This document shows, in pieces, positions 26,623-39,443 of a DNA stretch of 64,000 bases. Below the pieces are notes generated by a model, which saw only the letters and a program-made list of their open reading frames with translations, was not told where the DNA came from and did not search any database. This DNA is from Callorhinchus milii (taxonomy: Eukaryota): contig NW_024704742.1 of the NCBI RefSeq assembly GCF_018977255.1, forward strand, positions 51,214,001 through 51,278,000, given 5' to 3'. How positions within the stretch are numbered: position 1 is the stretch's first letter; the number at the start of each line of letters is the position of its first letter. Position numbers and translations under genes: made by a program.

Positions 26623-27989
26623 AGGAAGCTCATAAGGAGGTCCTTACATCTGCTGGGATTCAACTCATGAGAGCTCCAACCTGCACTTGTTGGATTTCAA
26701 AACATATTATTTTTGCCGTTTTATTGTAGAGTACATTAAAATAGAATTCCCAAACAGACAGACATTTTTGATTCTTTCAGTGTAACTATTACACAAATAC
26801 AAAACAAAATCCTAATAAAATAAACGAAAACACTGTCAAGGCTTCTTTTCTTCTCAAACTGTAATATTCTTATTTACTTAATTATAGGTTAGCTCATAGG
26901 ATGAAAGGTTTGTGCCATAGCTTAAAAGTTAGATAAAGAGCGGATTGTTTAATTCTAGAGTAAGAGTCTATTGTCTTACGCAATGAGCTATTCTGTTTGA
27001 AGTTGGAGAGCAACATTAATGCCAATCCTCCTCATGAGATTACAACATTATTTTAAATTAGCCCCATTTTCCCCTCCCAAAGGAAAACTATTAAACACGA
27101 TTATTGGATATCAGAATGCATCACACAAGTACATACATATCTATGGAGCACTGGGGAAGAATTTCCCTGAACTATTATATTATTTGTGAAAACTGAAATT
27201 ATGGATTATTTCAATGATTGCACTACTTGTTGCTCTACTTTGTATAAGATCTGATAATGGGTGACCTCAGGTAAAAGTAAAAGCGAGTTGCCAACCTAGT
27301 TGTAGGAAAATACTGGGCTTGGAGAAGCATCAGTTCAGCAGTGTTAGCAGAAAAAATAGGTGATTGGTTTGTGGAGCCTGGTGCGGGATAGGACACGAGC
27401 TGCAGAGTTCTGAATAGTCTGCAGTTTGTGGATAGAAGAGCTGGAAGTCCAGCGAGCAGGAAGTTAACATAGTCAAGCCTGGACATGTAGGAGATACTGG
27501 AGCAAAAATCAGGATCACAAAAGGAGAAAAACTGAGAGAAGAAAATAATAGAAAAAAGAAACCACGGGAAGAACAAAAATAATCACAAGCAATATTTTAG
27601 TGGCACTTTTATATTGCACGAGGAATACAACATGGGGTTTATTTTCATAACAATGCAAGTGGGATCTTTGTTTTCAGTGCTCACTAACATTGTTGTGACA
27701 TTCTCAGAAGGCTGAGCTCCAACACATGATGTCTCTCACCCTCAGTGAGCTTTTTTTTAAATGGTTGAAAATAGCTGATAAAAAAGTAAGTCCTGTTCAA
27801 TCATGAATATTTGAGTGGTGGTGCAGCAAAGTACCAGAGTTTGTTTGAACTTTAAAAGTTTGTTTTTGTCAGTTTTGCACAGCACGTGCAAATAGGAGAA
27901 CCCACTAGAACTAAATGCATCTCCCTGATGACTTCACAACCTCTCTGAAATTCCTGTTTCAAAGTTGTCCTCCTAGGAGGAGGAAGAGA

Positions 27990-28110
27990 TTGAGCACAAT
28001 GATACAAAGCATGTACAGCACGGAAACACGCCACTCGGCCCAACCATTCCGTGTCGGTGTTTATACTCCACATGAGTCTTCACCCATTTCGTACTCCCTC
28101 CCATTCCCCT
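27990..28110 (-). mobile_element. CR1-type 3' tail fragment
   Basis: tacagcacggaaacacgccactcggcccaacc..gtgtcggtgtttatactccac, resembling the reversed CR1 tails at about 36985 and 48775. Confidence 0.5.
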
Positions 28111-29099
28111 CTCGTGTGAAGACTATGGAGATCAGCTGGATCTAAGGTGATGTGCTTCACAATGGAATGGCAGAATCTGGTTAACCCTTTGTGATGATCT
28201 CAGTAGCCTGGTTCATGAGCCAGGCCGGTCTGAAATACTCCAGGATACTATTGATTACCAAAAGACCTATCTCGTCAGCAGGACTTGGGAGAGGCAGAAG
28301 AGTCACTGCAAGCAGCAATTCTTTCCACTCAGCTCCTGTTAACCTTACATATTGCTCGCCTCTACTTCCAAGTTCCATAGTCTCACTATTCTCATTCGAG
28401 GGACAGACAGGGAAACAGACTTGGTTCTCTGCCAATGCCAGAGGTTCTCAACAACCTCTCCCAGACAGTTCTGCAGCTACTGAGAACATTGTGGCACATT
28501 GCTACCACAAGACCACACCCTACCAACTATTGTACACAAATCCACTGCATCACAAGCCTCAAAATGTGCTCACTAGACCCTCTGCCCTTCCAGTGCTCAG
28601 TGCAGAAGTTGTGCTTTTCTATCATGTACTGCCAAAAGAAGCGTTGCAGTCTATCATCTAATGCAAATACACAGACCTCCAGACTAACGCAATTTGAAAT
28701 TAGGTGCACCTATCAGCACAGCATTATTCATCATAATTCACTGGAGTTTTTAATCTTATGTCAAAGTCTTTTTTAGAAGTATCATTTTACAAGTATGTTG
28801 GGATTAGCTCTAAAATGACTACTGTAATCTAACTGAGACTCTGTACATTCTTCATAGATCCAATTTTTAAAGATTTTAAGGCAGTATATCCTAAGCAAGA
28901 GGCTCTATGAGGTCATCTTGTAATCCAATAATAATGTATACAATTATGTCAATCAATGTACTGAATTATTTCGCTCTGCTCTTTCCTACAGATATTATAT
29001 TACTGTTTTCTCTTCCCAAAAAGGTCATCCAACCTCCTAAACTGCCACCTATTTTGTAAGTTCAGAGGATTCAGACATCATTTCACAAGATCAGTTCAG

Positions 29100-30520
29100 A
29101 TAAAGTAAGTATTTTAGCCCATCTGATCTTATCATTACAGAATAGCAACCCTACCATCCTCTCATCACAGCAAAACGTGATTTAAAAAAAAAAAAATTAG
29201 TCCAGTGTCCTGGCCTCAACTACCCTTAGTGGTAACTTGTTCCAGGCTTTCACTACCCTCCGGGTAAAGAAGAACTTCCTGGTATCTGTACTGAAATTGT
29301 CCTTTGCAACTCTAACCTATATCCTCTTGTTCTAGTCTTGATGTACCACAAAGTGTGGGGTTTACTTTTCAATCCCATTTAAGATTATGTCCACTTCTAT
29401 CAGGTCTCCTCTGAGTCATCTTTCAAGACTGAAGAGTTCTAGTTTGTCTCATCATAATTCATTTCTCTAACCTTCGGACTCATCCTCTTTGTTTTCCTCT
29501 CCACTACCTCCAGGCCCCCTTAGGTGTGGCCTGACCAGAGCATGATATAACTCAAACATGATATCTGAGGATCTGAATTCTACTGTTTCAGAGCCCAGAA
29601 TCTGTTTGCCTTATTTTTTTTGTCAGCTTTGAAATGCTAAGCAACGAGTCAAGGAGCACTCCTAAATCTCTTTCAGCTTTTATTCTTACCTTGGCAAGTT
29701 TTATTCCAAAAGTGGATTACTTGTTTTTCCTATTCTTACTTCCTAAATTTAATACTTTGCAATTCCAATCATGGAATCCTGTCGCATGTTGGTTAGAGCA
29801 CTCGCCTCGCAAATGAGAGGACCTGGGTTTGATTCCCAGCAGGGTGAAATCTTGGTCAAGGTTTCTTACTCCATACACCTCTGTAGGAGCCCAGTTGTTA
29901 GTCAATTGGAGGATCACTTTACAGGGGGTAAAAATCCCTTAAAAAAAATGAAAACCAAAATTAGAAATTTGGTCACTCAATCCACGAGTGTTTGGGGAAC
30001 ACTGCTGTGCACAATTGGCTTCTGAGTTTCGCCCACAAAATAGTCAATTCACCTTACAATATATTCTGTGAAGTGCTTTGAGACGTCTTGAAGACGAGAT
30101 AAGGCGCTATATCAAATGCAAGGATGATTATCATTATTATTATAATTATCTGTTATTTAAATTAATTTGCCAGTTATCAGCCCATGCGCACACCCTATCA
30201 AACTCTATTTGTAAAACCCTTGCTATCTCCTCTGATTCCAGTTCCTTTCCCCTCCGACAAACTTAATGTTATCTGCAAATGTAAACATCTGACATGAAAT
30301 CTGCAAATCCAGGTAATTAATATGTATCAGCAGCAGGAGGGGTCCCAGTACAGACCTTTGAGGAACCCCGCTTAACATTTCCCCTCATTTTAGACCCAGC
30401 TCCTCTAACAAAGGCCCTCGGTTTCTTTCCCTTTATGTCTTTCCTTTGATACTCAGTGGCCATTTGTGAAGAATTCCATCATGTGGTACTTCACAAACAG
30501 CTTATCAAAGAGATGCAAAA
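29100..30520 (-). mobile_element. Old CR1-clade LINE fragment interrupted by a SINE
   Basis: ttgttccaggctttcactaccctccgggtaaagaagaacttcct (CR1 3' region, reversed) and aggaggggtcccagtacagacctttgaggaaccccgct (SGVPQRSVLGPLL on the minus strand). Confidence 0.72.
29773..30143 (+). mobile_element. tRNA-derived SINE, full length
   Basis: ggaatcctgtcgcatgttggttagagcactcgcctcgc..acctgggtttgattccc head through tttgagacgtcttgaagacgagataaggcgctatatcaaatgcaaggatgattatcattattatt tail. Confidence 0.9.
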
Positions 30521-31099
30521 TTTACTTGTAATATAAGTTAATATAAGTTGACAATATGTTGCAATTGATTTCTATTTAATTGAGACAAAGATATCTGAAA
30601 CTCAGATAAAAGTGTCAGAAGGGTCACAATATTGTTGGCTTATAGACACAATGTATTGATCTTTATTCTCCTTCCTCAAGTTGTTAGTCTGGTGACAAGC
30701 AGTTTGTCCATTAAAAAGTTCACATGATCAAGGTTTCTAATCCTGATTTTGCCATTTAAATATGGCAAATGGGTAGAGTACAAATGGGTACTTCAAATAC
30801 AAAAACTTATTCACCTTTGGAAGCTATGGAAACTGTAAAAAAAAATGTGATATTAGACAGGTGTCATCGGTCCTAGATTTTGAAATGTTCAGCAATATTT
30901 AAGGTAAAAAGCAATACAATACTACAGAGACTGCTGCCATGAATTTAAAAATATTTAGACTAACTATGAGTTAATTTATCCTGGAAGGTGCCTAGAATTC
31001 ACCCAGAACAATGATGCATTGAATCAAGTATTTTGAAACGTTTGGAATAGGATTTTATTAAATACATGAAACATTAGTTATTATGAATTATAAATACTT

Positions 31100-32195
31100 T
31101 GCGCTTTCGTCTTTGCAAACGGTTTTCCTCCAGCCCCCCGCACGGTCTCATGCGGTGTTCCTCGGGGCTCTGTCCTCGGTCCCCTTGTCTTCACCCTCTA
31201 CAGGCTCCCCCTTGGTGACATCATCCACAGACATGGGGTAAATTTCCACATGTATGCGGATGACCATACCCAACCTCTCAGCCTCCACCCTCAACTCCAA
31301 GACCACTGGTGTCCTGACCGACTGCCTGTCCCCCATCAATTCCTGGACGAGGGATAACTTTCTCCAACTGAACGTCAGCAAGACCGAGGCCCTCCTGATT
31401 GGCTTGTGCCAGCGCCTCCGCACCTCGGGCACTGGCAGCATCAGCCTCCACGGCTCCACACTCAACCTCACTAAGCCAGTCAGGAACCTGGGTATCTTGT
31501 TTGATCCTGAACTGTCCTTTCTCCCCCACATCCGCACCATGACCGGCACTGCCTACCACCACCTCCGTAACATTGCCCAACTCCGCCACTGCCTCACCCC
31601 TCAGGCTGCTGAAACCCTCACCCACGCATTTGTCACATCAACGCTCGATTACGGGAACTCCCTCCTCATCGTCCTTCCCAGCTCTTCCCTTCACAAGCTG
31701 CAGATCATCCAAAACTGTGCAGCTCGTGTACTCTCACCCACCAGGCTCCGTGACCCCATCACTCCCACCCTCGCCTGACTCCACTGGCTCCCCATCCCCC
31801 AGAGGATCGAGTTCAAGATCCTCGTCCTCACTTTCAAGGCCATTCATGGCCTCGCTCCCTCCTACCTCTCTGACCTGCTGATCCCTACCAACCTGCCCAC
31901 TCCCTCCGTTCAGTGGGCTCCGGCCCACACCATGTCTCCCTACCATCAGCGCCGAGGCTTTCAGCCTTTCTGCCCCCACACTCTGGAACTCCATCCCATG
32001 GTCCCTTCGCCTCACTTCCTCCCTTTCCTCCTTCAAGACCGGTCTCAAGACCCTCCCCTTCGATCGTGTCTTTGGTCGCCCTCCCACCTCTCTAACTTCC
32101 CTCACCCCTAAACCACCCCTCCCCCATGCTCGGGTCCTGCCCCCTGTCTGTCCCGACGTGAAAGGCGCTCCATAAATATAATTTTGTAATTGTTC
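31100..32195 (+). mobile_element. L2 LINE, 5'-truncated (RT C-half plus tail)
   Basis: [21 protein letters not shown] and ORF 31254-31778 ([47 protein letters not shown]). Tail cgtgaaaggcgctccataaat. Confidence 0.93.
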
Positions 32196-33616
32196 TTATT
32201 GATACATTTCAATGGATAAATTGTACTTTCTGGTTCACACAAACCAGTTCAGTACAACAATGGATATGAAAATAACAACAAATACACAATGGCAATATCT
32301 CTTACGTTTATTCTACTGGGGAGTTCAATTCTAGTCCAGAGACCTTGCCCAAATATTGCACAAGAAACCGCTGGCATTTTTGCAGCTACTGCTCAGCAAC
32401 TAGTTCATCAAATGATACTCCCTTTCTCTGACATTTAAGCACTGCACCCGCTTTAAATGGCTAAACACAATTTGCCTGTGGCACTACCGTCACAGTTCTG
32501 GACTATTGAAGCAAAGAATGGAGTCATAATATAGATAATGATAAGTGTGTAAAACAGTAAATTGTATACAGTAATACTGCACCCATGTGCAGCTTGACTA
32601 CAATTTTGTTTTAAAAACTGATTAAACACCCACAATTTTCTTTGTATGATTCTGAAGTGCACAGTATCTGTACAAAAAATTATGTTGCTATGTTTGTATA
32701 ACATTAAAAAAGGCTAAATAGCGACAGGTCAGTGCTTACAAAAAAAATAAGTGATGACTTAAAGAGCAACAGTATTTCTATCAACTCATATCTGCTACAG
32801 GGCACTGTCACCAAACGGTATTTCATCATGTTTCTGTTAAAATAACTCATACAGGAACAGCAGTATATCACAGTACTGAAAGGAAGTTTCATCATCAATA
32901 TGTCTTAAACAAATAATCTAGAATTTAGAGTGATTCATGTCCTCTGCCTATTTGAGTGTATTTTTAAATTGCAAGTACTACTGACCTCATGGATGAAATT
33001 AGTTGTAAAAGAAAAACTTTCAAGTCGGATAGTAAAAAAAATCCAGGAGGGTGGGGCGGACGGGTTCAGTTGTAGAAGTTCTTCAACTACATAGACTCAT
33101 CTCATTCTATTTTACAGATAAATTTATTAGCTCTACACATGATGCTTCCCAGTGAAGATGTGTACTAAAAAATATGAAAATGTGATTCTTATAGTGAAGT
33201 ATAACTCTATATATGATTCCGGAACCATTATGATGAAATGTACCATAATAATAACAATCCTTGAAATTGATATAGCGCCTTATCACGTCGTTGAGACGTC
33301 TCAAAGCGCTTCACAGGTTATATTGTAAAGTGACTTGACTATTTTATGGATGAAATGTATTATAACACCTTATCACATCATCAAATATCGCAAAGCACGT
33401 TACAGGATTTTTTTTACTGTGAAGTTTAACAGGTGTGTATTTTGTAGGGGAACTTATTGAGGAAATGAGTGCATGAACACACACGCACGCACACATGCAA
33501 GCATATGTTTACAGCCACAAAGAGGAGCTAGACTGACTGGAAAAAGCAGCAAAGCTGATTTGATTCCTGTTTTCAGTCATAAATTAAATGGTTCTATGGC
33601 GTGAACAAGCAGGTTG

Positions 33617-33826
33617 TGCCAAGCTCCATTCATCCTGGTGGACACTCCTGTTAACCTATGAAGTCGGCTGAGCAAATCTCCTCTTGAAGGTCAATCTGCT
33701 GGTGGCAGTGGAGCTGGTATTTATTAAATGATTCTGCACAAAGAACAGGTGGTTAAAGGCAGTTGCTATAAAAGCTACAGCCTGTGAGAGCCCAAAGCAT
33801 TAATGTATTCCTGCTCCGAAGCACCT
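33617..33826 (+). repeat. About 210-bp diverged direct repeat, copy 1 (copy 2 at 35223-35432)
   Basis: Shared tgccaagctccat, acctatgaagtc, aaatctc.tcttgaaggtca.tctgctggtggcagtggagctgg, attctgca, gcagtt, attaatg.attc. Confidence 0.8.
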
Positions 33827-34744
33827 AATAATAATCCTTGCATTTGATATAGCAATACCTACTCACATCCACATCTGAGTGCATCACATTTCTAAATTAT
33901 TTACTGTTTTAAATGCTGTAAAGAGTACTACAGCACCAATTAAGACAATCCCAAGAGTCTCCGCATTCTCCATATAGTGCAATAAAAACAAAATTAGGCT
34001 GCGGTAGGGCAGGAACTTTCATCTCCAATTCCCAAGTCATGCTCGCAAATGTCTCTCAAAAGTCCCAAGTCACTTTTCATTATTTCTTTTGGAGTTTTTT
34101 GTTTTTGTATTTTTTTTAAAACCTTTCATTCATCCAAACTGAGTCTCTGTTTTAGTAATTCTATCAGTAACATACAGGGACACATGCAAGCATAATTTTT
34201 AATTATTAATACTGGACATAAGGATTCCGATACACTATTTAAAAAGAGAAGCAAGTTTCTTCTGGTGTCCTCCAGTTTGGTCATTTACTTCATGGCTGTT
34301 TGTGGGATATGGTTGTGTGGAAATTGGCTGTCACGTCCACCTACAAAATAGTTACCACACTTTACAGTAAATCCTGTAAAACTGACATTTTGATGACATA
34401 ATTGCTATATGAAATAAGGATTGATTATATTTTTAAAAGCATTTGCCTGTGCCTATACATATCCAGCTTGTTTAAAAATAATGTATTTATTACATGTTCC
34501 ACATAAGTATGGTGCTTTTAATTGTTATAGAATGATTATCCTTGCATTTGATATGGCACATTTCACATCCGAAGGACATCTCAAATCACAGGATTTACAA
34601 AGTGTACTGACTGTGTATTTTTTAGGTGAACACGGCAGCCAAGAAACAACAACAATTTGCATTTATATAGTGCCCTTCACTTGGAGCGATTAATAGAGGC
34701 GGAGCTTGATGCCGAGCCAACATTAGTTGGAATAATGCATGAAA

Positions 34745-35000
34745 TGAACGATTAATTTTATTTGGGGAATTATTGGGGAGAAACTCTTGGGTCTTTTAAA
34801 CAGTGGCATGGAATCTTTGACGTCCATCTGAACAACCAGGCGAGAACTGGGTTTAACATCTCATCTGAAGGATGGCACCTCTAAAAATGCAGTGCTCCCC
34901 GAGCACTGCACTCAAGTGAGCCTAGATTGAGCTCAAAGTTTGTGGGCTTGAACCCACAAACTTCTGAATCAGAGACAAGAGTGCTACCAACTGAGCCAGG
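34745..35000 (-). mobile_element. DeuSINE-type SINE, 5' part
   Basis: cagtggcatggaatctttgacgtccatctgaac..gtttaacatctcatctgaaggatggcacctc..ttgaacccacaaacttctgaatcagagacaagagtgctaccaactgagcc. Confidence 0.78.
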
Positions 35001-35222
35001 GTGATATCTAGAACACCCACTGTGTGATCAAGCAATGCAAAGGATGCTTTGGAACTGAATTTCTTAAAACACATATTCAAATTCTGTGGATACAATGGGC
35101 AGATGTTGGAAGGCATCAGCATCAAATCTACACTTTACACTCAGGCCTCCACTTGGATTTCCAACAGTAAATCTGTAAAAGACTGAAAAGCACTCTCATC
35201 ATTCTCTACTAACTGCCTTCCA

Positions 35223-35432
35223 TGCCAAGCTCCATGCTTCTTGATGGACAGTCTTGCTGACCTATGAAGTCAACAGAGTAAATCTCTTCTTGAAGGTCAT
35301 TCTGCTGGTGGCAGTGGAGCTGGCTTTCCCTGAATTATTCTGCAGAAATCCAGTTAGATAAATGCAGTTAGCTAACAAAAACATAGCCTATGGGATCCCC
35401 AAAATATTAATGCATTCATGCCCTGAGCATCT
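35223..35432 (+). repeat. About 210-bp diverged direct repeat, copy 2
   Basis: Aligns by eye with 33617-33826. Confidence 0.8.
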
Positions 35433-36450
35433 CCCTTTAAGGTGAGGAAGGTCTTTTTTTTAAAGAAAGACAATATAGATGGGATGTGGAAGGACCTTCT
35501 GGGTATGGTGGTCAATGCAGAATCCATATTAGCTTTCAAGAGGAAATTAGATAGATATCTAAGGAGGAAAAATCTGCAGCGGTATGGAGAAAGGGCAGGT
35601 AATGGGACTAAATAGATTGTTGATCCAGCACTGACACAATAAGTACAGTGGTTCTACAACATCAACACATTGTGCTTTACATTGTTCTAAAAATGGTACA
35701 ATATAGGAAGGACAGGTCAACAATCCATTTAGCAATATTTAACAATACATTTAGCAGCAACATACTGTACACACTTTAGGCAATTATCATTAAAGACCAT
35801 GTGCAAAGCAAGCACGTCTGCAACAACAAACAGCTGAATGAAGCACTACAAATGATGTTGTAGGATTGGATTTTTCTCATCATTCAAGCACATTCAATTT
35901 TAAAAACAATTTACCTACGATTACTTTATCTGGTGACAACCTAACGAGCTCAGTTGATAGTTCTCACTTCACCCACGTAGACTGCTATATTAATCTACAC
36001 TACAGGTAACGTGTCTTCTCTCTTTCTTTAATCTCTTTTCCTCTTCATATCCCTATGATTCGCCATGCCCATTCCTATCTTGGTTTCACTTCTGACTCAC
36101 AGTACAATTTCAGAAGCATCAATCACAATGACAGAATCTCAGTCAATGTTATGGGATGTTATTTCTAATGTCTGAACACATTATACCTCAAATCAACTTT
36201 TTCTTCTTTCATTTTATTATACAGACTGTATGCAAATAATAAAAAAAACATTTTGGAATGTCATTTTTACCTTTCTACAAACTACTTTAAACTAAGGGAG
36301 TTAAACATATTTGTGGGATCCATAGTTTTTTTTAATGCTTTTTATTAAAGAAATTGTGGTGACTCACTTTCTCTTCACTATACCAAACACCAGTAACAGA
36401 ACAGGGATTCTGCCCAAGCAACAAGAAGCTTTCAAGACAGTGCTCTCAAT

Positions 36451-36704
36451 GGCGAGCTATGAGGTTGTAGCTGGTTAAACTCCAGCAGTACCCCCAACCC
36501 CACTCTGGGGTCCTCAAGCCTTGGCTCTTGCTAAACTGAAACTAATAATCCAGATTTAGATGAACACAGTGTGTCCCTCCAGGGAGGGAGTGCACAATCC
36601 ACTCCAGACATAGGGACATTTTCATATGTAGAATAGCATACATTTGTGAAACTCTCAATCTGGTTTAGATACTCAAAAGAATGGTGATGGATCTCTGCAT
36701 GTCA
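36451..36704 (-). repeat. Unclassified interspersed repeat, copy 2
   Basis: Reverse complement aligns by eye with 26382-26622. Confidence 0.7.
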
Positions 36705-36959
36705 AACATCCAACGTACCAACAAAAAGCATCCAGTTCCACTAACCAGCATTTGTTAATTCTTCATGTTTTCTTTAAAGTTGAAAAATAATCACTTGCAT
36801 TGCCCACAGTTGTACAACAACTGGTGTGAAGCCAAAATGATGTGAGATTACCCTGAGGAGATTTTGTACCACTTCTTAATCCAAGTTAAACCTAAATAAA
36901 ACAGACCTCACAAAATGTCCTTTCAATTCTCTTTGGAAAGATTGCTGAACAGTTATTAT

Positions 36960-37580
36960 GGAATGTTATAGGATCACTGAATGTTTACGGCACAGAAGGA
37001 ACATGGTCTGTACTGGCATTAGCTCTCCCACCGCAACTATGGTAACGGAAAGCCTTCTCTGTCTCCGTACCAGTCAATAATATTTCTCCTCATGTAATTA
37101 TCCAATTCCCTTTTAACTGCCTACATGACTCAGCTTCAATGGCTATTTGTGCTAAGCTGGTTCACATTCTAACAACCTTCCACGTAAAAAATATTCTTCT
37201 AACCTCCTCCTTTTTTNCCTTCTGGAAATAATCTTCAATTTATGCTCTCTTGTTGCAAACTAGGGAATCGGTGGAAACAATCTTTCTCTGTTGAGCCTGT
37301 TACTCTCCTCTTCGATTGTGCCTTTGGTCACCCTCCTACCCCTACCCATCCTGCCCTCCACCCCTCCTGATCCCAACACCGAGCTCGGGTACAAATCCCT
37401 GACTGTCCAGCGGCTTGGGACGTCCTCCCGACGTGAAACGTGCAATACAAATGTAATTTTTGTTATTAAAGCCATTCATAATTTTGAAAAAAATCAGATC
37501 CCCTTAATCTTCTGTACTCCATTGAAAATAATCCAGCCTTTTAAGTTCCTCCACATATCTACAACCTTTTACCTTTGATA
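36960..37580 (-). mobile_element. CR1 3' fragment with a nested plus-strand L2 tail (about 37300-37465)
   Basis: ttatccaattcccttttaac, ggaaacaatctttctct and ataattttgaa..atcagatcccccttaatcttct match reversed CR1 3' sequence (compare 48765-49860). The inner segment ends gggacgtcctcccgacgtgaaacgtgcaatacaaatgtaatttttgtt. Confidence 0.72.
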
Positions 37581-39370
37581 TTCAGTGAATCTCCACTTTA
37601 ATGACACCCCATAATAAACAATATTTTATTAGGTTTTGTATTACTTCGACCTCAGCTCATACGCCATTGAAGTATTTCTTCTGTGGCATTGCTCATTCCT
37701 GTAACAATACTAATAACAAACGAAACCTCTCTCTTCTCATGGAATGCATGCAAGCCATTTCATTAAATTCAAAAGGATGAAGGTTGATGCTTTTAAATAG
37801 AGCAAATACAGAATCTGTCATCATCATCACAGAAGCCACTATCTGGCGAATGGATCCAAACCAATTTTGTGCTTGTGGATACTTCCGCTTCTCCCTTTTC
37901 AAAACATGTAGCCACCAACACATTGAAATGTCTCAAAAGTGCTTCAGGAATAATTGTTGTCAAATGTAATGACTGTTTTGTCAATCCTGCAAACATCCAA
38001 TCAAGCATACTTCTGTGGATTGCCTAATCGGAGAAGGGGGAAATCTAAAATGAAATTAAAGATATTTCAACAGTGGAAGACAATTTCTCCTACCCATTTC
38101 ACAACAACTTCTCCCGAAATAAATCCAGTCTACTGCTACCAATAAGTGTTTTTTTTTAATCTGGTATCCTAGTGAAAATCTTGCAAAACTCCCAAAATTT
38201 GTTTAAAGCAGTCAAATGGAGAGGACGTTAACCACTGCATTGCCAGATAGAGGTACAAGGTTTAAAAACTAGGGAGGCATTCACCTATATTCTGAATAGG
38301 GTATTCAAAATAATATCAGAATCTTATACTAACCACTGGCAAAGTAAACGCTCACTGATTAATTTGGAATCTTGGTGATAAGCAAACTCAAGTGTTAGAC
38401 AGTTTTAGGACAGTTGCGACTCAACTAGAAAAACAAATACCAGCATTCCAACTTTCCAGGCGATTTTGTGGGGGAAACGACTGAGGAAATCTTGCTAACT
38501 TCACTCTGTCATGATGCTGTCATCTTATATTTACATTTAATATCCAAATTGAGCCCTGCAGTAGATGAGTTTTAGAAAGGAATTTTCAGGCAGCAGCACA
38601 GAGAAGCTAAAACTAACAGAGCCAGTTTTAACATACAAATAAGGTTGTTTCACAGCATTTTCCTGACAAAAGTACGAACCATCAATGTTGGCAGAAAGTC
38701 TGCATACCAAAATCAGGCCATATTAATGTCACTCCATTGTTGCTCCTGAATAGAAAAAGCTAAACTATAATCAAACAGCAGCTAGCTATGCATTGACATT
38801 CTGCACACTAAGCAGGCTCGTAACATTCAAACGATACAGCGCTACATCAGGCTTTACAGAAAGAACCTACCAGCACTAAATAAAATGCGAGTGATTCAGA
38901 AAACAACCCATTGATGGAAACTGCATGGAAACATTTTCATTCTAACATTCTTAACCCTTAAGGCTAAAAAAAATTATGCTGACACGAATATTTATTTACC
39001 TTTTACAGTTAAAATCTGCAAAATCTCAAAAAGCTTTGAAAGTACGTGTGATAAAACATTAATTGGAGTACTCTGAAAATACTGCTCGTGCTTTCTTCAG
39101 TTCCAGGATGGTGAACATTCAATTTTTTATAAATAAAATTATGGTATGCATGGTGTCTATAGAACTATACATTATTCCATCTGATTTGAACCAAAAGATA
39201 TATTTTGACATTTTTTGATTAAAAGGTAATTATAGATTTTGCATTTTGGGATAATTTCACACCATTTTACACAATTCTTTAACATTTATGCAAAATAGTA
39301 TTCTTAAAAACAACGTATATGTACGGATCTATATATAAATACATATAGACCTTGAAGCATTTATACTTAC

Positions 39371-39443
39371 AGCTACTACTCCAAGACTTCAGCAGAGACT
39401 TGATGCTAATTTCAAAAAACATGGAATCCTGTAGGCTTAACAT
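39371..39443 (-). CDS. FRYL: FRYL upstream first coding exon (73 nt, [24 protein letters not shown] + 1 nt)
   Basis: ATG at 39443 (ataATG, in-frame TGA upstream at 39474-39476) and donor AGCT|gtaagt. Phase 1 joins the CG of the 200-nt exon in frame. The peptide resembles the recalled human FRY N-terminus [23 protein letters not shown]. Not in the ORF track because it is short. Confidence 0.9.

Noticed and set aside
28191..28661. 156-aa ORF
   Set aside because: No recognisable homology or splice context, antisense within a FRYL intron; likely chance.
37217..37217. Single ambiguous base (n)
   Set aside because: Sequencing or assembly ambiguity inside a CR1 remnant; no biological signal.
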